Counted from the stretch's first letter, positions 35,590 through 46,072 are shown. The stretch: 64,000 nt of DNA from Alphaproteobacteria bacterium (GCA_964291415.2 OZ219918.1:544001-608000), one strand, 5' to 3'. The notes: generated from the sequence alone by a model not told the origin. A program made the numbers and translations.

Positions 35590-36872
35590 GGCCGGGTCTG
35601 TCCGCTGCCGCGCACGATGTACTTCATGGTGGTCAGCTGCTCGACACCCACCGGTCCCCGTGCATGCAGCCTGTTGGTTGAAATGCCGATCTCAGCCCCC
35701 ATGCCGAACTCGCCACCGTCGGCAAACTGCGTCGACGCATTCCACATGGCAATGGCGCTCGGCGTACGGGCGAGAAAGTACTCGGCGATGGATTGGTCCC
35801 TTGTGACGATGGCGTCGGTATGTTCCGAACCGTGACGCTTGATGTGGTCGAGGGCGCCCACGACCCCATCGACGGAGGCAACCGAAATCACCGCATCGAG
35901 GTACTCCGTCGACCAGTCATTGGCGGAAGCCGGCTTCACCCTGGGATCGAGTGGCTCGGTGGAGCGGTCCCCGCGAACCTCGCACCCATGGTCCAGGAGG
36001 GCCTGGACGACGGTCCTTCTCCCGGCGTCGCCAAGAGAGCTGTCGAGCAGCAGTGTTTCTGCTGCGCCGCAGATGCTGGTGCGCCGCATCTTGGCATTGA
36101 TGGCGATGTCGCAGGCCATGTCCAGATCGGCATCGGCGTCCACATAGACATGGCAAAGCCCGACGAGGTGGGCGAGAACGGGAACACGACTTTCCCGCTG
36201 CACGCGCTCCACGAGTGAAGGGCCGCCGCGTGGCACGATGATGTCGATCCAGCGGGTCATGGTGAGCATCTCGCCCACCGCCGCCCGATCGGTAACCGGC
36301 ACCATCTGGATGCCGTCTTCGGGGAGGTCGGCGGACGCGAGCCCCTCTCGCAGGCACCTGGCAATGACGTGCGATGTGGCGACGCTCTCCGAGCCACCGC
36401 GCAGGATGGCGGCGTTTCCTGATTTGAGACAGAGCGCCCCGGCGTCTGCCGTGACGTTGGGGCGGGATTCGTAGATGATCCCGACAACGCCGAGCGGAAC
36501 GGAGACCCGCGCGATATCGAGGCCGTTCGGACGGCTCCAGCGAGACTGTTCGCGTCCCACCGGATCGTCCAGGAGTGCGATGGCGTCCAGGGCGGCGGCC
36601 ATGGACTCGATCCTGGAATGATCGAGAGTGAGACGCTCGAGCATGGGAGCCGGTATGTTCGCCGCCCGGGCGTTCTCGAGATCGATGAGGTTGGCGGCAA
36701 GAATGGCGTCGCGGTCGTTCCGCAGGCAGGTGGCGGCGCGATCGAGGGCACGGCGCTTTTGCGCATCCGGCGCATGAGCCAGAACTCCGGCAGCATGGCG
36801 GGCTGCCTGGCCAAGATCCTCCATCATATCCGCGATGGCACGTGCGTCCTCGCGTCGAGCGGTACGGGTCAT
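35586..36872 (-). CDS. proA: Gamma-glutamyl phosphate reductase
   Basis: IYESRPNVT, SICGAAET, FADGGEFGMGAEIGIST, HARGPVG. Confidence 0.96.
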   Translation of the reverse strand: MTRTARREDARAIADMMEDLGQAARHAAGVLAHAPDAQKRRALDRAATCLRNDRDAILAANLIDLENARAANIPAPMLERLTLDHSRIESMAAALDAIALLDDPVGREQSRWSRPNGLDIARVSVPLGVVGIIYESRPNVTADAGALCLKSGNAAILRGGSESVATSHVIARCLREGLASADLPEDGIQMVPVTDRAAVGEMLTMTRWIDIIVPRGGPSLVERVQRESRVPVLAHLVGLCHVYVDADADLDMACDIAINAKMRRTSICGAAETLLLDSSLGDAGRRTVVQALLDHGCEVRGDRSTEPLDPRVKPASANDWSTEYLDAVISVASVDGVVGALDHIKRHGSEHTDAIVTRDQSIAEYFLARTPSAIAMWNASTQFADGGEFGMGAEIGISTNRLHARGPVGVEQLTTMKYIVRGSGQTRP

Positions 36873-37981
36873 GACAGCACCAGATCATCCCTGTGGATCA
36901 GTTCCTCGCGACCTCGATAGCCCAGGAGCCGCTCGATTTCACTGCTTTTCTGGCCGGCAATGGATTCGGCGTCGTCCCGGGAGTAGGCGACGAGTCCGCG
37001 GGCGATCTCGACCCCGTCCGGGTCCTGGACGACGACGGCGTCGCCCTTGCGGAAAGCGCCGGCGACACCCGTCACGCCCGCCGGCAACAGGCTGCGGCCG
37101 CGATTGAGGGCGGCATGGGCCCCGGCATCCACCGTGATGGTGCCGGAGGGCTTGAGGGATCCGGCAATCCAGCGCTTGCGGGCGCCCGCCGGGTTGTCCC
37201 TGGCTATGAACCACGTGCAGGGCCGACCTTCGAGAATGGCGCGCAGGGGATGCTGGATGTGGCCGTTGGAGATCACCATGTGGCAGCCCGCCGTCATGGC
37301 GATTCCGGCGGCGATGAGCTTGGTCTGCATGCCCCCCGACGAGTCGCCGGTCCGGACCCGGCCCGCCATGGCCTCGATGCGGGGTGTGATCGCGTCGACC
37401 TGTTCCACCAGGGACGCCCCGGGATCGACCTTCGGATCCCTCTCGTAGAGACCGTCGATGTCCGACAGCAGGACGAGGATGTCGGCACTCGCCATCATGG
37501 CGACACGGGCTGACAGCCTGTCGTTGTCGCCGAAGCGGATTTCGTGGGTGGCGATGGTGTCGTTTTCGTTGATGACCGGAATCACGCCGTACTTCAGGAG
37601 ACGGCTGAGCGTGTTGAGCGCGTTGATGTAGCGCCGGCGATCCTCGGTATCGTCCAGCGTGAGGAGGAGTTGCGCGGTGCCCGTGTCGTGGCGGTTGAGA
37701 GCATCCTGGTAGGCGTGTACCAGCCGTGCCTGGCCGGCGGCGGCGGCGGCCTGGCTGTCATCGAGACGCAAGCGTCCCGGGGGGAGACCGAGATGGCGCC
37801 GGCCGATGGCGATAGCGCCGGAGGTGACGATCACCACCTCACAGCCGCCGTTTCGCATCAGGGTGATGTCGTCGGCCAGGGAATGGAGCCAGGACCGCCG
37901 GATCCGCCCGTCATGCTCGTCCACGAGCAGTGACGATCCGATCTTGATGACGATCCTGCTGGCCTGATCCAGCCGGGGCAC
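36869..37981 (-). CDS. proB: Glutamate 5-kinase with PUA domain
   Basis: IVIKIGSS, SGAIA, NENDT, FGDNDRLS, GGMQTK, SLLPAGV. Confidence 0.96.
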   Translation of the reverse strand: MPRLDQASRIVIKIGSSLLVDEHDGRIRRSWLHSLADDITLMRNGGCEVVIVTSGAIAIGRRHLGLPPGRLRLDDSQAAAAAGQARLVHAYQDALNRHDTGTAQLLLTLDDTEDRRRYINALNTLSRLLKYGVIPVINENDTIATHEIRFGDNDRLSARVAMMASADILVLLSDIDGLYERDPKVDPGASLVEQVDAITPRIEAMAGRVRTGDSSGGMQTKLIAAGIAMTAGCHMVISNGHIQHPLRAILEGRPCTWFIARDNPAGARKRWIAGSLKPSGTITVDAGAHAALNRGRSLLPAGVTGVAGAFRKGDAVVVQDPDGVEIARGLVAYSRDDAESIAGQKSSEIERLLGYRGREELIHRDDLVLS

Positions 37982-37994
37982 GGAACGTCAGTCC

Positions 37995-38993
37995 TCAACG
38001 GTTGCGGCGCTGTCGGACGAGTTCCGCCAGCTGCCGCAGGAGCTCCGGCACGCCCTCGCCGGTAACCGCCGAAATCGCATGGGCACTGCAGCCTGCGGAA
38101 TCGGAGAGCTGCCGCAGGGCGTGCTGCCGGTCGCTGTCGCCGACGGCGTCGATCTTGGTGAGAACCGGCACCACGGTACGTGCCGCGAGGTCATGGCCGT
38201 AGGATTCGATCTCGTGGCGCACCGTCAGGAAATCGGCGGCCGGATCGACGGATGTCCCGTCCACGAGGTGAAGCAGGGCCGCACAGCGTTCCGCATGACC
38301 AAGGAAGCGGTCTCCGAGACCCGTCCCCTTGTGCGCTCCCTTGATGAGACCGGGGAGGTCGGCAAGGACGAAGCCTTCCTCGTCCCGCTCGACCTTGCCG
38401 AGGTGGGGATGAAGCGTGGTGAAGGGATAGTCGGCGATCTTCGGATGGGCTCGTGTGACCACCGAGAGCAGGGTCGACTTGCCGGCATTGGGCAGACCGA
38501 CCATGCCGATGTCGGCGATGAGCTTGAGACGCAGCCACACCCACATCTCCTCTCCGGGACGCCCCGGCTCGGCAACCCTTGGTGCGCGGTTGGTCGACGA
38601 CTTGAAGCGGGCGTTGCCGCGGCCGCCGATGCCGCCAGGGAGCAGGATCATCCGTTCGCCGGGACGTGTCAGGTCTGCGAGAACGGTCTTCCTGTCCTCG
38701 GCAAGAACCTCGGTGCCTGGTGGCAGATTGATGACGATGTCGCTGGCACCGGCGCCGGAGCGCTGGTTTCCGCCACCGGGCATACCGGTGCGCGCCCGGA
38801 AGTGCTGGCGATAGCGGAAATCGATCAGGGTGTTGAGGCCTTCGACACAGGCAAGGACGATATCGCCGCCCCGTCCGCCGTCACCGCCGTCGGGTCCGCC
38901 AAACTCGACATGCTTCTCGCGACGGAAACTCACGGCGCCGCTGCCGCCGTCGCCGCTCTTCAGACAGATTTTCGCTTCATCGAGAAACTTCAT
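37995..38993 (-). CDS. obgE: GTPase ObgE/CgtA
   Basis: MKFLDEAKI, GGPDGGDGGRGG, GLPNAGKS, YPFTTL, DLPG, TKID. Confidence 0.96.
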   Translation of the reverse strand: MKFLDEAKICLKSGDGGSGAVSFRREKHVEFGGPDGGDGGRGGDIVLACVEGLNTLIDFRYRQHFRARTGMPGGGNQRSGAGASDIVINLPPGTEVLAEDRKTVLADLTRPGERMILLPGGIGGRGNARFKSSTNRAPRVAEPGRPGEEMWVWLRLKLIADIGMVGLPNAGKSTLLSVVTRAHPKIADYPFTTLHPHLGKVERDEEGFVLADLPGLIKGAHKGTGLGDRFLGHAERCAALLHLVDGTSVDPAADFLTVRHEIESYGHDLAARTVVPVLTKIDAVGDSDRQHALRQLSDSAGCSAHAISAVTGEGVPELLRQLAELVRQRRNR

Positions 38994-39023
38994 GCCGGCA
39001 TTCCCTGCCAGGCATCGAAGCCC

Positions 39024-39293
39024 TCACTCCGCGGCGAGAGCCGGAGGAACGACGTCGATGTAGGTCCGGGTGCGCCCCGCACGGCGGAACTGCACGGTGC
39101 CGGCCGATGTGGCGAAGAGCGTGTGGTCCTTGCCCATCCCGACATTGGATCCCGGATGGAACCTGGTGCCGCGCTGGCGGATGATGATGTTGCCGGGGAT
39201 CACGTTCTCGCCCCCGAACTTCTTGAGGCCAAGCCTCTGCCCTGGGGAATCACGCCCGTTGCGCGAACTGCCGCCTGCCTTCTTGTGGGCCAT
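39024..39293 (-). CDS. rpmA: 50S ribosomal protein L27
   Basis: [29 protein letters not shown]. Confidence 0.98.
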   Translation of the reverse strand: MAHKKAGGSSRNGRDSPGQRLGLKKFGGENVIPGNIIIRQRGTRFHPGSNVGMGKDHTLFATSAGTVQFRRAGRTRTYIDVVPPALAAE

Positions 39294-39310
39294 GGATCAA
39301 TCCTCCCTCA

Positions 39311-39634
39311 TCAGGCGCTGTCGCCGGAGGCACTGTCGAGGATCTCTCTCACCCGGACGACTGTCTGTTGCTGGCGGTGGCCGGCGCGCCGGCGGTACTT
39401 CTTCCGGCGCTTCTTCTTGAAGACGAGAATCTTGGCCTGACGCTTGTGTTCCAGGATCTCGGCCTTCACGCTGGCGCCGGTGGCATTGGTGTCGATTGAA
39501 TCCTCGTCACCGACCATCAGGACTCTCGTGAACTCGACGACATCGCCGGGGTCGCCATCGAGGCGCTCCACACTGAGCACACCCTCGGGTTCCACCCGGT
39601 ACTGCTTGCCGCCGGTCTGGATGACTGCATACAT
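39311..39634 (-). CDS. rplU: 50S ribosomal protein L21
   Basis: MYAVIQTGGKQYRV, FKKKRRK, GHRQ. Confidence 0.97.
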   Translation of the reverse strand: MYAVIQTGGKQYRVEPEGVLSVERLDGDPGDVVEFTRVLMVGDEDSIDTNATGASVKAEILEHKRQAKILVFKKKRRKKYRRRAGHRQQQTVVRVREILDSASGDSA

Positions 39635-39740
39635 CGTCGGTTCCGCCAGTCTTCGCCCTGCCGCCATGGCAGGGGAGCGTTATAGTGCGGACCCGCGCAA
39701 AGTCAACATCCGTCGAAGAACCTGGCCCGGCCGATCACCA

Positions 39741-40163
39741 TCAGCGATAGAGTTCGTCCCACAGGAAGATGGTGCACACCATGAAGGCGAGGAGCGAATA
39801 GAGCAGGGTGGTGAGCACCTCGTGCGGAGTGCAGGCAAACAGGGCCACCCGGCCCTGCTTGTCATGACCGAAGATCGGTGGTGCGTGATCGGGAGCGGTC
39901 CGCTGCGTCATGATGACAGCCAGCGGAATGAAACCGAGAACATAGGCAAAGGGCGCCAGATCACTCATGTCCAGGAAGGGAAAGTAGCCGCTGGCCCCAA
40001 AGATGCCCACGGGAAGGATCGACCAGAAGAACCCCATGTTCGCCAGGAACTCGGTGTTCATTTCCGTGGCCTTGCCAAACCCGCGGCACAGCATCGCCAG
40101 CATGGAGGCGAGCAGAAAGCCGCAGAACATCCAGATGGCCAATCCGGCGCCAGTCAGTTCCAT
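39741..40163 (-). CDS. Hypothetical small integral membrane protein (about 4 hydrophobic segments)
   Basis: 140 aa with coding-like codon usage; fills the gap between the SDR gene and rplU. Confidence 0.65.
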   Translation of the reverse strand: MELTGAGLAIWMFCGFLLASMLAMLCRGFGKATEMNTEFLANMGFFWSILPVGIFGASGYFPFLDMSDLAPFAYVLGFIPLAVIMTQRTAPDHAPPIFGHDKQGRVALFACTPHEVLTTLLYSLLAFMVCTIFLWDELYR

Positions 40164-40237
40164 GGATCGTTTCCCCGCGCGGTTGTGATGGTCCGCGAGC
40201 CGCGATTATAGGGAGGTCGCCCGGGCCAGCGCAACCG

Positions 40238-40999
40238 TCACCCCCTGCCGATGTACGGCATGGTATTGGCCATGACGGTGACGAAGGGAATGTTGGCATC
40301 GAGCGGCAAGTTGGCGATCAGGAGGACGGTGTTGACGACATTGGCGACATCCATCACAGGCTCCGGCGCGATGCGCCCGTCGGCCTGTTCCAGGCCATCG
40401 CCCGCGCCCGCGGTCATGTCGGTCAGGGCGTTGCCGATGTCGATCTGGCTGCAGCAGATGTCATGGGACCTGCCGTCGAGGCAGATGGAACGGGTGAGAC
40501 CGGTCACGGCGTGCTTCGTTGCCGTATAGGGAGCGGAGAACGGGCGTGGCACGTGGGCCGACACCGAGCCGTTGTTGATGATCCGCCCGCCCCTGGGGGT
40601 TTGCGCCTTCATGAGTCGCATCGCATGGCGTGCCATCAGGAAGGATCCTGTCAGGTTGGTATCGACGACGGCCTGCCACTCGTCGATCTCCAGGTCTTCG
40701 AGAGGAACGGCCCTTGCACCGATGCCGGCATTGTTGAACAGGAGATCGAGGCGGGAGAAACGCTGCTCGAAACCGGCAAAGAGGTCACTGACCGAGTCGG
40801 GTTGCGTGACGTCGCACGGCATCGCGACAAGGCGCCCCTCGAGGTCCGGGCGCTCCGCCGCCACGCTGTCGAGACGTTCCTTGCGGCGCCCGGCAAGCAC
40901 GACCTGAAAACCCTCATCGGCGAGTCCGAGCGCGGTGGCGCGCCCGATGCCTGCGCTGGCGCCCGTCACAATTGCAACCCGCTGGTTGCCGTCACCCAT
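40238..40999 (-). CDS. Short-chain dehydrogenase/reductase
   Basis: [22 protein letters not shown]. Confidence 0.92.
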   Translation of the reverse strand: MGDGNQRVAIVTGASAGIGRATALGLADEGFQVVLAGRRKERLDSVAAERPDLEGRLVAMPCDVTQPDSVSDLFAGFEQRFSRLDLLFNNAGIGARAVPLEDLEIDEWQAVVDTNLTGSFLMARHAMRLMKAQTPRGGRIINNGSVSAHVPRPFSAPYTATKHAVTGLTRSICLDGRSHDICCSQIDIGNALTDMTAGAGDGLEQADGRIAPEPVMDVANVVNTVLLIANLPLDANIPFVTVMANTMPYIGRG

Positions 41000-41109
41000 G
41001 GTTTCTTCCCTTCGGCGTTGCCCAGGCAGGATGTCGTTTCGTCAAGCCGCACGATAGGGTCTGATGACATCGTGGTCATCCCCTTCGTCACGCGAGCGAG
41101 GACACTCCC

Positions 41110-42216
41110 ATGAAGATCTCCCGCATTTCCTTCTACGGCCTGGAGCTCCCCTACCGGGAAGGCTCCTACCGCTGCCGCAATCATACGGAGTACGGACAGA
41201 CGACGACCATCGTGAGGATCGACTCCGATGAGGGGATCACCGGGTGGGGAGAGATCGCCCCCCTTGGCGCCTTCTATTCCGAGGCCTTCACCGGCGGCGT
41301 ACGCGCCGGACTGGAGCGCCTCGCGCCTGAGTTGCTGGGTGCCGACCCGAGGGAAACGGGCAAGCTTGCCCGCATCATGGATGCGGCGATGCATGGTCAG
41401 ATGGACGTCAAGTCACCCCTTGACATTGCGTTCTGGGATATTGCCGCAAAGGCGGCAGGGATCCCCCTGGCGGAATATCTCGGGGGACGCGACGGCGGGT
41501 CCGTCGCCCTCTACCGTTCGGTATCGCAGGCCTCGCCGGAGATCATGCTGGACTCGGCCCGCCGTCATGTGGCCGAGGGGTACCGCCGGCTCCAGGTGAA
41601 GGTGGGAGACGACCCGGTCCTGGATGCCGGCCGTCTCCAGGCCATTGCCGATGACATCGACGGCAGCGTCGTCATCTTCTGCGACGCCAACGGCGCCTGG
41701 ACCAGCCACGATGCCCTGCGCTTCGTCGAGAGGACCAGGGGAATCGACTATGTCCTCGAACAGCCCTGCCGGACTCTGGACGAGAACCTGGTGGTCAGGC
41801 GTCATGCGGCAGTCCCGATGGTTCTTGACGAGAGCGCCGACAGCCTTGATGCCCTGTTGCGCATTCACCGCGACGGCATGGCTGACGGCATCACCGTCAA
41901 GATATCCAGGTTCGGCGGCATTACCCGCGCCAGGAGGATCCGCGATCTCGCCGTCGATCTCGGACTCATGGTCACGGTCGAGTGTGTCGGCGGGGCCGAT
42001 ATCGCGAGTGCCGCCATTGCCCACATGTCGCTCTCCACGCCGGAATCGATGCGGCTCCACACGGTCGATTTCCACAACTGGGTGACGGTGTCGAACGCCA
42101 CCGGGCTGCCGGAGATTGCCGGAGGTGTCATGCGCGCGCCTGTGAGCCCGGGCCTCGGCGTGACGCCACGCGACGACGTCATCGGCGAGGCCCTGTTCTC
42201 ATGCCACGCTGCCTGA
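41110..42216 (+). CDS. Enolase-superfamily MR/MLE enzyme, cis-3-hydroxy-L-proline dehydratase / Hyp-betaine epimerase-like
   Basis: GWGE.APLG, LYRSVSQ, LQVKVG (QxK), DAN, EQP, DES, VKISRFGG, PGLG. Confidence 0.8.
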   Translation: MKISRISFYGLELPYREGSYRCRNHTEYGQTTTIVRIDSDEGITGWGEIAPLGAFYSEAFTGGVRAGLERLAPELLGADPRETGKLARIMDAAMHGQMDVKSPLDIAFWDIAAKAAGIPLAEYLGGRDGGSVALYRSVSQASPEIMLDSARRHVAEGYRRLQVKVGDDPVLDAGRLQAIADDIDGSVVIFCDANGAWTSHDALRFVERTRGIDYVLEQPCRTLDENLVVRRHAAVPMVLDESADSLDALLRIHRDGMADGITVKISRFGGITRARRIRDLAVDLGLMVTVECVGGADIASAAIAHMSLSTPESMRLHTVDFHNWVTVSNATGLPEIAGGVMRAPVSPGLGVTPRDDVIGEALFSCHAA

Positions 42217-44078
42217 TTCCCGCACCCGACGAGCCTGGCGACTGGCCCGCCTGGCGTGATCGCCTGGAGGCATGGCGCCTCTCATGCGATCTCGCCGGGA
42301 CAAGGCCTGTTCACGACTGGGTGCGCCGCTGCTTCACGGCACACAAGATCCTGCTCTGTGACGAGCGGATCCATGATCGCGGCTCGGGGACATGGCTCGT
42401 CGAGGACTACGTCGATGCATTCGAGGCGCGCTTCGGCCCCCTCGATGCCGTCATTCTCTGGCATGCCTACCCCAATCTCGGCTTCGACCGGCGCAACCAG
42501 TTCGACTTCTGGCGCTCGATGCCCGGCGGCACGCGGGGTCTCGCCGACGTGACCGCCCGTCTGCACGCCCGCGACGTCCGTGTCCTCCTCGCCTACAACC
42601 CCTGGGATGTGGCGACCCGCCGGGAAGACCGCGACGATGCAGCGTGCCTTGCCGATCTCGTGGCGGAACTCGATGCCGACGGCCTCTACCTTGACACCCT
42701 GTCGTCGGCCGGACGCGATCTTGCCGCAGCGCTCGATGATGCAAGGCCCGGCATCGTCCTGCAGTCCCAGGCGCCTGTGCCGCCCGAACGGCTTGCCGAT
42801 CATCGCATGGGCTGGGCGGAGTCATGGGATGATTCATGGGCGCCGGGCGTGTTCGCCAACAGGGTTCTGGATCGCCGCCACATGATCCATGTCGTGCGCC
42901 GCTGGATGGCGGACCACACGCCGGAGATCCAGCTGGCGTGGATGAACGGCACCGGAATGGTGGTGTGGGAGAACATCTTCGGGTCATGGAACGGCTGGCG
43001 TGACCGGGATGCCGTTCAATGGAATCTGGCGAGCCGGGTCCTTCGCCGGTGGTCCCGTCACTTTTCTGAAGGGGTGTGGACACCGCTTGCCTGCATGCCG
43101 GCGCCGGGGGTGTTCGCCTCGAGCTGGGAACTTGGCGGCGTCCGGCTGTGGACACTGGTCAATCGCAACAGCCAGGCGGTATCGGGCATCCGTCTTCCGG
43201 TCAACACCGTGACAGCCTGCGACCCAGTGGCCGGACGCCAGCTCGTCGTCAACGATCGCCAGGTCGCGATCGGCATCCCGGCGGCCGGTCTCGGCGCTGT
43301 TGTCGAGGAAGCGGTGGACCGTGAATTTCTGGACGGCCAGGCTGACCGGTACCGGCAACTCGATCATGCCCGGCACGAACAGCCCCGTCTCGTGCCGAAG
43401 GTCCGAACGCTTTCCGGAATCACGGGCCCGGCGCAGGCGCCCGACGGGATGGTCGGCGTGGCCGGGGGTCCTTACGTGCGGCGCACCCATTTCAGGCTGC
43501 GTGAGTGCGGCATGTACGAAGGTGCCCGTGCCGGAGAGAGCGCGGACCTGGTTCTCCCCGGGCTCCATTCCATGGTGTCCCGGGAGTTCCGGGAGGACAT
43601 GTCGCCGTTTGCCATCGACAGGCATTCCGTCACCGTGGCCGCCTACCGGCGCTTTGTGGAGGAAACGGGGTACTCTCCCGAGGCCCCCGGGTGCTTTCTC
43701 GAACCCGGGGCCGGGCCTCATGAGCCGGTCACGCGGGTTGATCCCGACGATGCCCGCGCCTATGCATCCTGGCTCGGGCGGCGACTGCCTACGGAAGCGG
43801 AGTGGCAGCGAGCCGCCGAGGACGGTTTGCTGGGCGATGACCCGGTGCGAGTCTGGAACTGGACCGAGCCTGAAATGAGTGATGGACGAACACGGTTCTG
43901 CATCGTGAAGGGCGGCAGCCACCACCACTCCTCGACGTCCGACTGGTATGCGGATGGCGGGGTGCGCGATGCGGCGTTTGCCGCCAAGTACCTGCTCATG
44001 TGGCCTGGTCTCGACCGCTGTGCCACCATCGGATTCCGGACCGCCGTCGATCTCCGGGTTTCGATTCAATCCGGGTGA
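42201..44078 (+). CDS. Protein with N-terminal TIM-barrel/glycoside-hydrolase-like region and C-terminal FGE-sulfatase (SUMF1/EgtB/PvdO) domain
   Basis: VT.AAY..FV, PVT.V..DDARAYASW.GRRLPTEAEWQ.AA, VWNWT, KGGS, IGFR; N-terminal LWHAYPNLGFD, YNPWD, DGLYLDT. Confidence 0.8.
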   Translation: MPRCLIPAPDEPGDWPAWRDRLEAWRLSCDLAGTRPVHDWVRRCFTAHKILLCDERIHDRGSGTWLVEDYVDAFEARFGPLDAVILWHAYPNLGFDRRNQFDFWRSMPGGTRGLADVTARLHARDVRVLLAYNPWDVATRREDRDDAACLADLVAELDADGLYLDTLSSAGRDLAAALDDARPGIVLQSQAPVPPERLADHRMGWAESWDDSWAPGVFANRVLDRRHMIHVVRRWMADHTPEIQLAWMNGTGMVVWENIFGSWNGWRDRDAVQWNLASRVLRRWSRHFSEGVWTPLACMPAPGVFASSWELGGVRLWTLVNRNSQAVSGIRLPVNTVTACDPVAGRQLVVNDRQVAIGIPAAGLGAVVEEAVDREFLDGQADRYRQLDHARHEQPRLVPKVRTLSGITGPAQAPDGMVGVAGGPYVRRTHFRLRECGMYEGARAGESADLVLPGLHSMVSREFREDMSPFAIDRHSVTVAAYRRFVEETGYSPEAPGCFLEPGAGPHEPVTRVDPDDARAYASWLGRRLPTEAEWQRAAEDGLLGDDPVRVWNWTEPEMSDGRTRFCIVKGGSHHHSSTSDWYADGGVRDAAFAAKYLLMWPGLDRCATIGFRTAVDLRVSIQSG

Positions 44079-44084
44079 CGAGCC

Positions 44085-44639
44085 ATGGCGCGGGCGATCA
44101 GACCGGACAGCATCACCACCTCACGCCTGGTTCTCGAGCCGCTGGAATTGCGTCACGCGCCCCAGGTGACGCGTTTCTGCCGCCTGTGGGAGGTGGCCCG
44201 GTACACGGCGAACATTCCTCACCCCTACCCTGCGGGTTGCGCCGAGACCTTCGCGAAGGATGCCGTCAGCAAGAGGGAGTCGGGTGGAGGCTGGGTCTAT
44301 GCGGTCACCGTGGCCGACGGCGGTGAGGTGATCGGCGTCATCGACATCACGCTCAGCGACAAGGATCGTTCAGGCGAGCTGGGCTATGCCTTCGCCCCCT
44401 GGAGCTGGGGCAATGGCTATGCCAGCGAAGCCGCGCGGGCCCTGATCGGGTTCGCCTTCCAGGTCCTGCGTCTCGACAAGGTGGAGGCCTTTGCCATGGT
44501 GGAGAACGAGGCCTCCGAGCGCCTGCTCACCCGGATCGGCATGCGCCGGATCGGTGAGCGCATGATGCCGGCCCCGGCGAGAGAGCGGGATGTCCTGTGC
44601 GGGGTCTTCCAGGTGTTCTGGTCACAGGTCCGCACATGA
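44085..44639 (+). CDS. GNAT acetyltransferase, RimJ/RimL family
   Basis: ITTSRLVL, IPHPYP, ELGYAF...WGNGYASEA, NEASERLL. Confidence 0.88.
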   Translation: MARAIRPDSITTSRLVLEPLELRHAPQVTRFCRLWEVARYTANIPHPYPAGCAETFAKDAVSKRESGGGWVYAVTVADGGEVIGVIDITLSDKDRSGELGYAFAPWSWGNGYASEAARALIGFAFQVLRLDKVEAFAMVENEASERLLTRIGMRRIGERMMPAPARERDVLCGVFQVFWSQVRT

Positions 44640-45046
44640 CGCGGCCATCCCGCCTGCTGCTCGTGGTGGCCTGTGCTCTGGTGGATGTCGACAACCGCGT
44701 TCTCCTTGCCAGGCGCCCCGAAGGGAAATCCATGGCGGGGTTGTGGGAGTTTCCAGGGGGGAAGGTGCGTGCGAACGAGACCCCGGAGCATGCCCTGATA
44801 CGGGAACTGCGCGAGGAACTCGGCATCGATGTCAGCGAGGCCTGCCTGGCGCCCTTCACCTTCGCCAGTCACGCCTATCGCGACTTTCATCTCCTCATGC
44901 CGCTCTATGTCTGCCGCCAGTGGAACGGCGTGATCGCGCCCCGGGAACATTCCGACCTCGCCTGGGTCCGTCCCCGGCGCATGGCCTCCTGGCCCATGCC
45001 GCCGGCCGACGCCCCCCTCGTCGCCATGCTCTGCGACCTTCTGTAG
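44636..45046 (+). CDS. mutT: 8-oxo-dGTP diphosphatase (Nudix)
   Basis: LARRPEGK.MAGLWEFPGGK, ALIRELREELG, FHLLMPLY, MPPAD. Confidence 0.88.
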   Translation: MTRPSRLLLVVACALVDVDNRVLLARRPEGKSMAGLWEFPGGKVRANETPEHALIRELREELGIDVSEACLAPFTFASHAYRDFHLLMPLYVCRQWNGVIAPREHSDLAWVRPRRMASWPMPPADAPLVAMLCDLL

Positions 45047-45120
45047 TACACCCTTTCATGGCAAGGCCCGCATTCCGACCGGTGGTCAGCCGTCATCTTT
45101 GAGCCCGATGACATCATGGA

Positions 45121-45975
45121 GTGGACATGATCGCCACGCAGGTCCTGTTGGCGGTACTGGTTGCGGCCCTGCTGCATGCGGCCTGGAACGCCGTGGTCAA
45201 GGCGCAATCCGATCCGTTGATAGGCATGGCATGGATGTCGGTGGCTTCGGGGGTGGCAGCCGGCCTGGCGTTGCCGTTCGTGGAGGTTCCCGTTGCAGCC
45301 GCCTGGCCCTTCCTGCTGGTGTCGACAGCGGTGCACATGCTCTACTTCCTGTCGCTGGCCACGGCCTATCGCCACGGCGACTTCAGCCGTGTCTACCCGA
45401 TTGCCCGCGGCGGTGCGCCTCTGATCGTGACCCTGGCGTCACTGGTCTTCCTCCATGAGGATCTGGGCGGCCGCGCCCTAGTCGCGATCGGCCTGATCCT
45501 GCTGGCGATCCTGGGTGTCGCGTGGCGCAGGGCCGATGTGCATCGCGACCTCCCTGATCGTTCCCTTCTCTTCGCCGGACTGACGGCGGTGACGATTTCC
45601 GCCTATACGATCGCTGACGGACTCGGCGGCCGGGCGGCCGGCGACCCGATTGCCTATGCGGTCTGGCTGTTCTTTCTCGATTCCTGGCCCACCATCGCGG
45701 TGATCTTCTGGTTGCGCAGGGGCCGTTTCGTGCGGGCGCCAGGACGCGACGTCGCGAGAGCGCTGACCGGTGGCCTCCTCTCCATGCTGGCCTACGCCAT
45801 CGTCATCTGGGCCATGGTTCATGCTCCGGTCGCGATTGTCGCTGCGCTGCGAGAAAGCAGCATTCTGTTCGGAGCCCTGATTGGCGTGTTGGTGCTCAGG
45901 GAGAGGCCGGGGCCGGTGCGCATTGCCGCGATTGTCCTGCTCGCAGCAGCGGTCGCACTGCTCCGTCTTGCCTGA
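45121..45975 (+). CDS. EamA/DMT family transporter
   Basis: AALLHAAWNA, GDFSRVYPIARG, AALRESS; about 10 hydrophobic segments. Confidence 0.88.
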   Translation: MDMIATQVLLAVLVAALLHAAWNAVVKAQSDPLIGMAWMSVASGVAAGLALPFVEVPVAAAWPFLLVSTAVHMLYFLSLATAYRHGDFSRVYPIARGGAPLIVTLASLVFLHEDLGGRALVAIGLILLAILGVAWRRADVHRDLPDRSLLFAGLTAVTISAYTIADGLGGRAAGDPIAYAVWLFFLDSWPTIAVIFWLRRGRFVRAPGRDVARALTGGLLSMLAYAIVIWAMVHAPVAIVAALRESSILFGALIGVLVLRERPGPVRIAAIVLLAAAVALLRLA

Positions 45976-46072
45976 GCCTGAAGCCAGGCTCGATCCCCCC
46001 GGCTGTCACCGCATACTCCCCTCTTGTAAGGTCTGCGACGTGCGGTCGTCGGGCTGCCAGCGGGAGGCAACG

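Noticed and set aside
37995-38993. Short ObgE without a long C-terminal domain
   Set aside because: Short C-termini are usual in alphaproteobacterial Obg proteins
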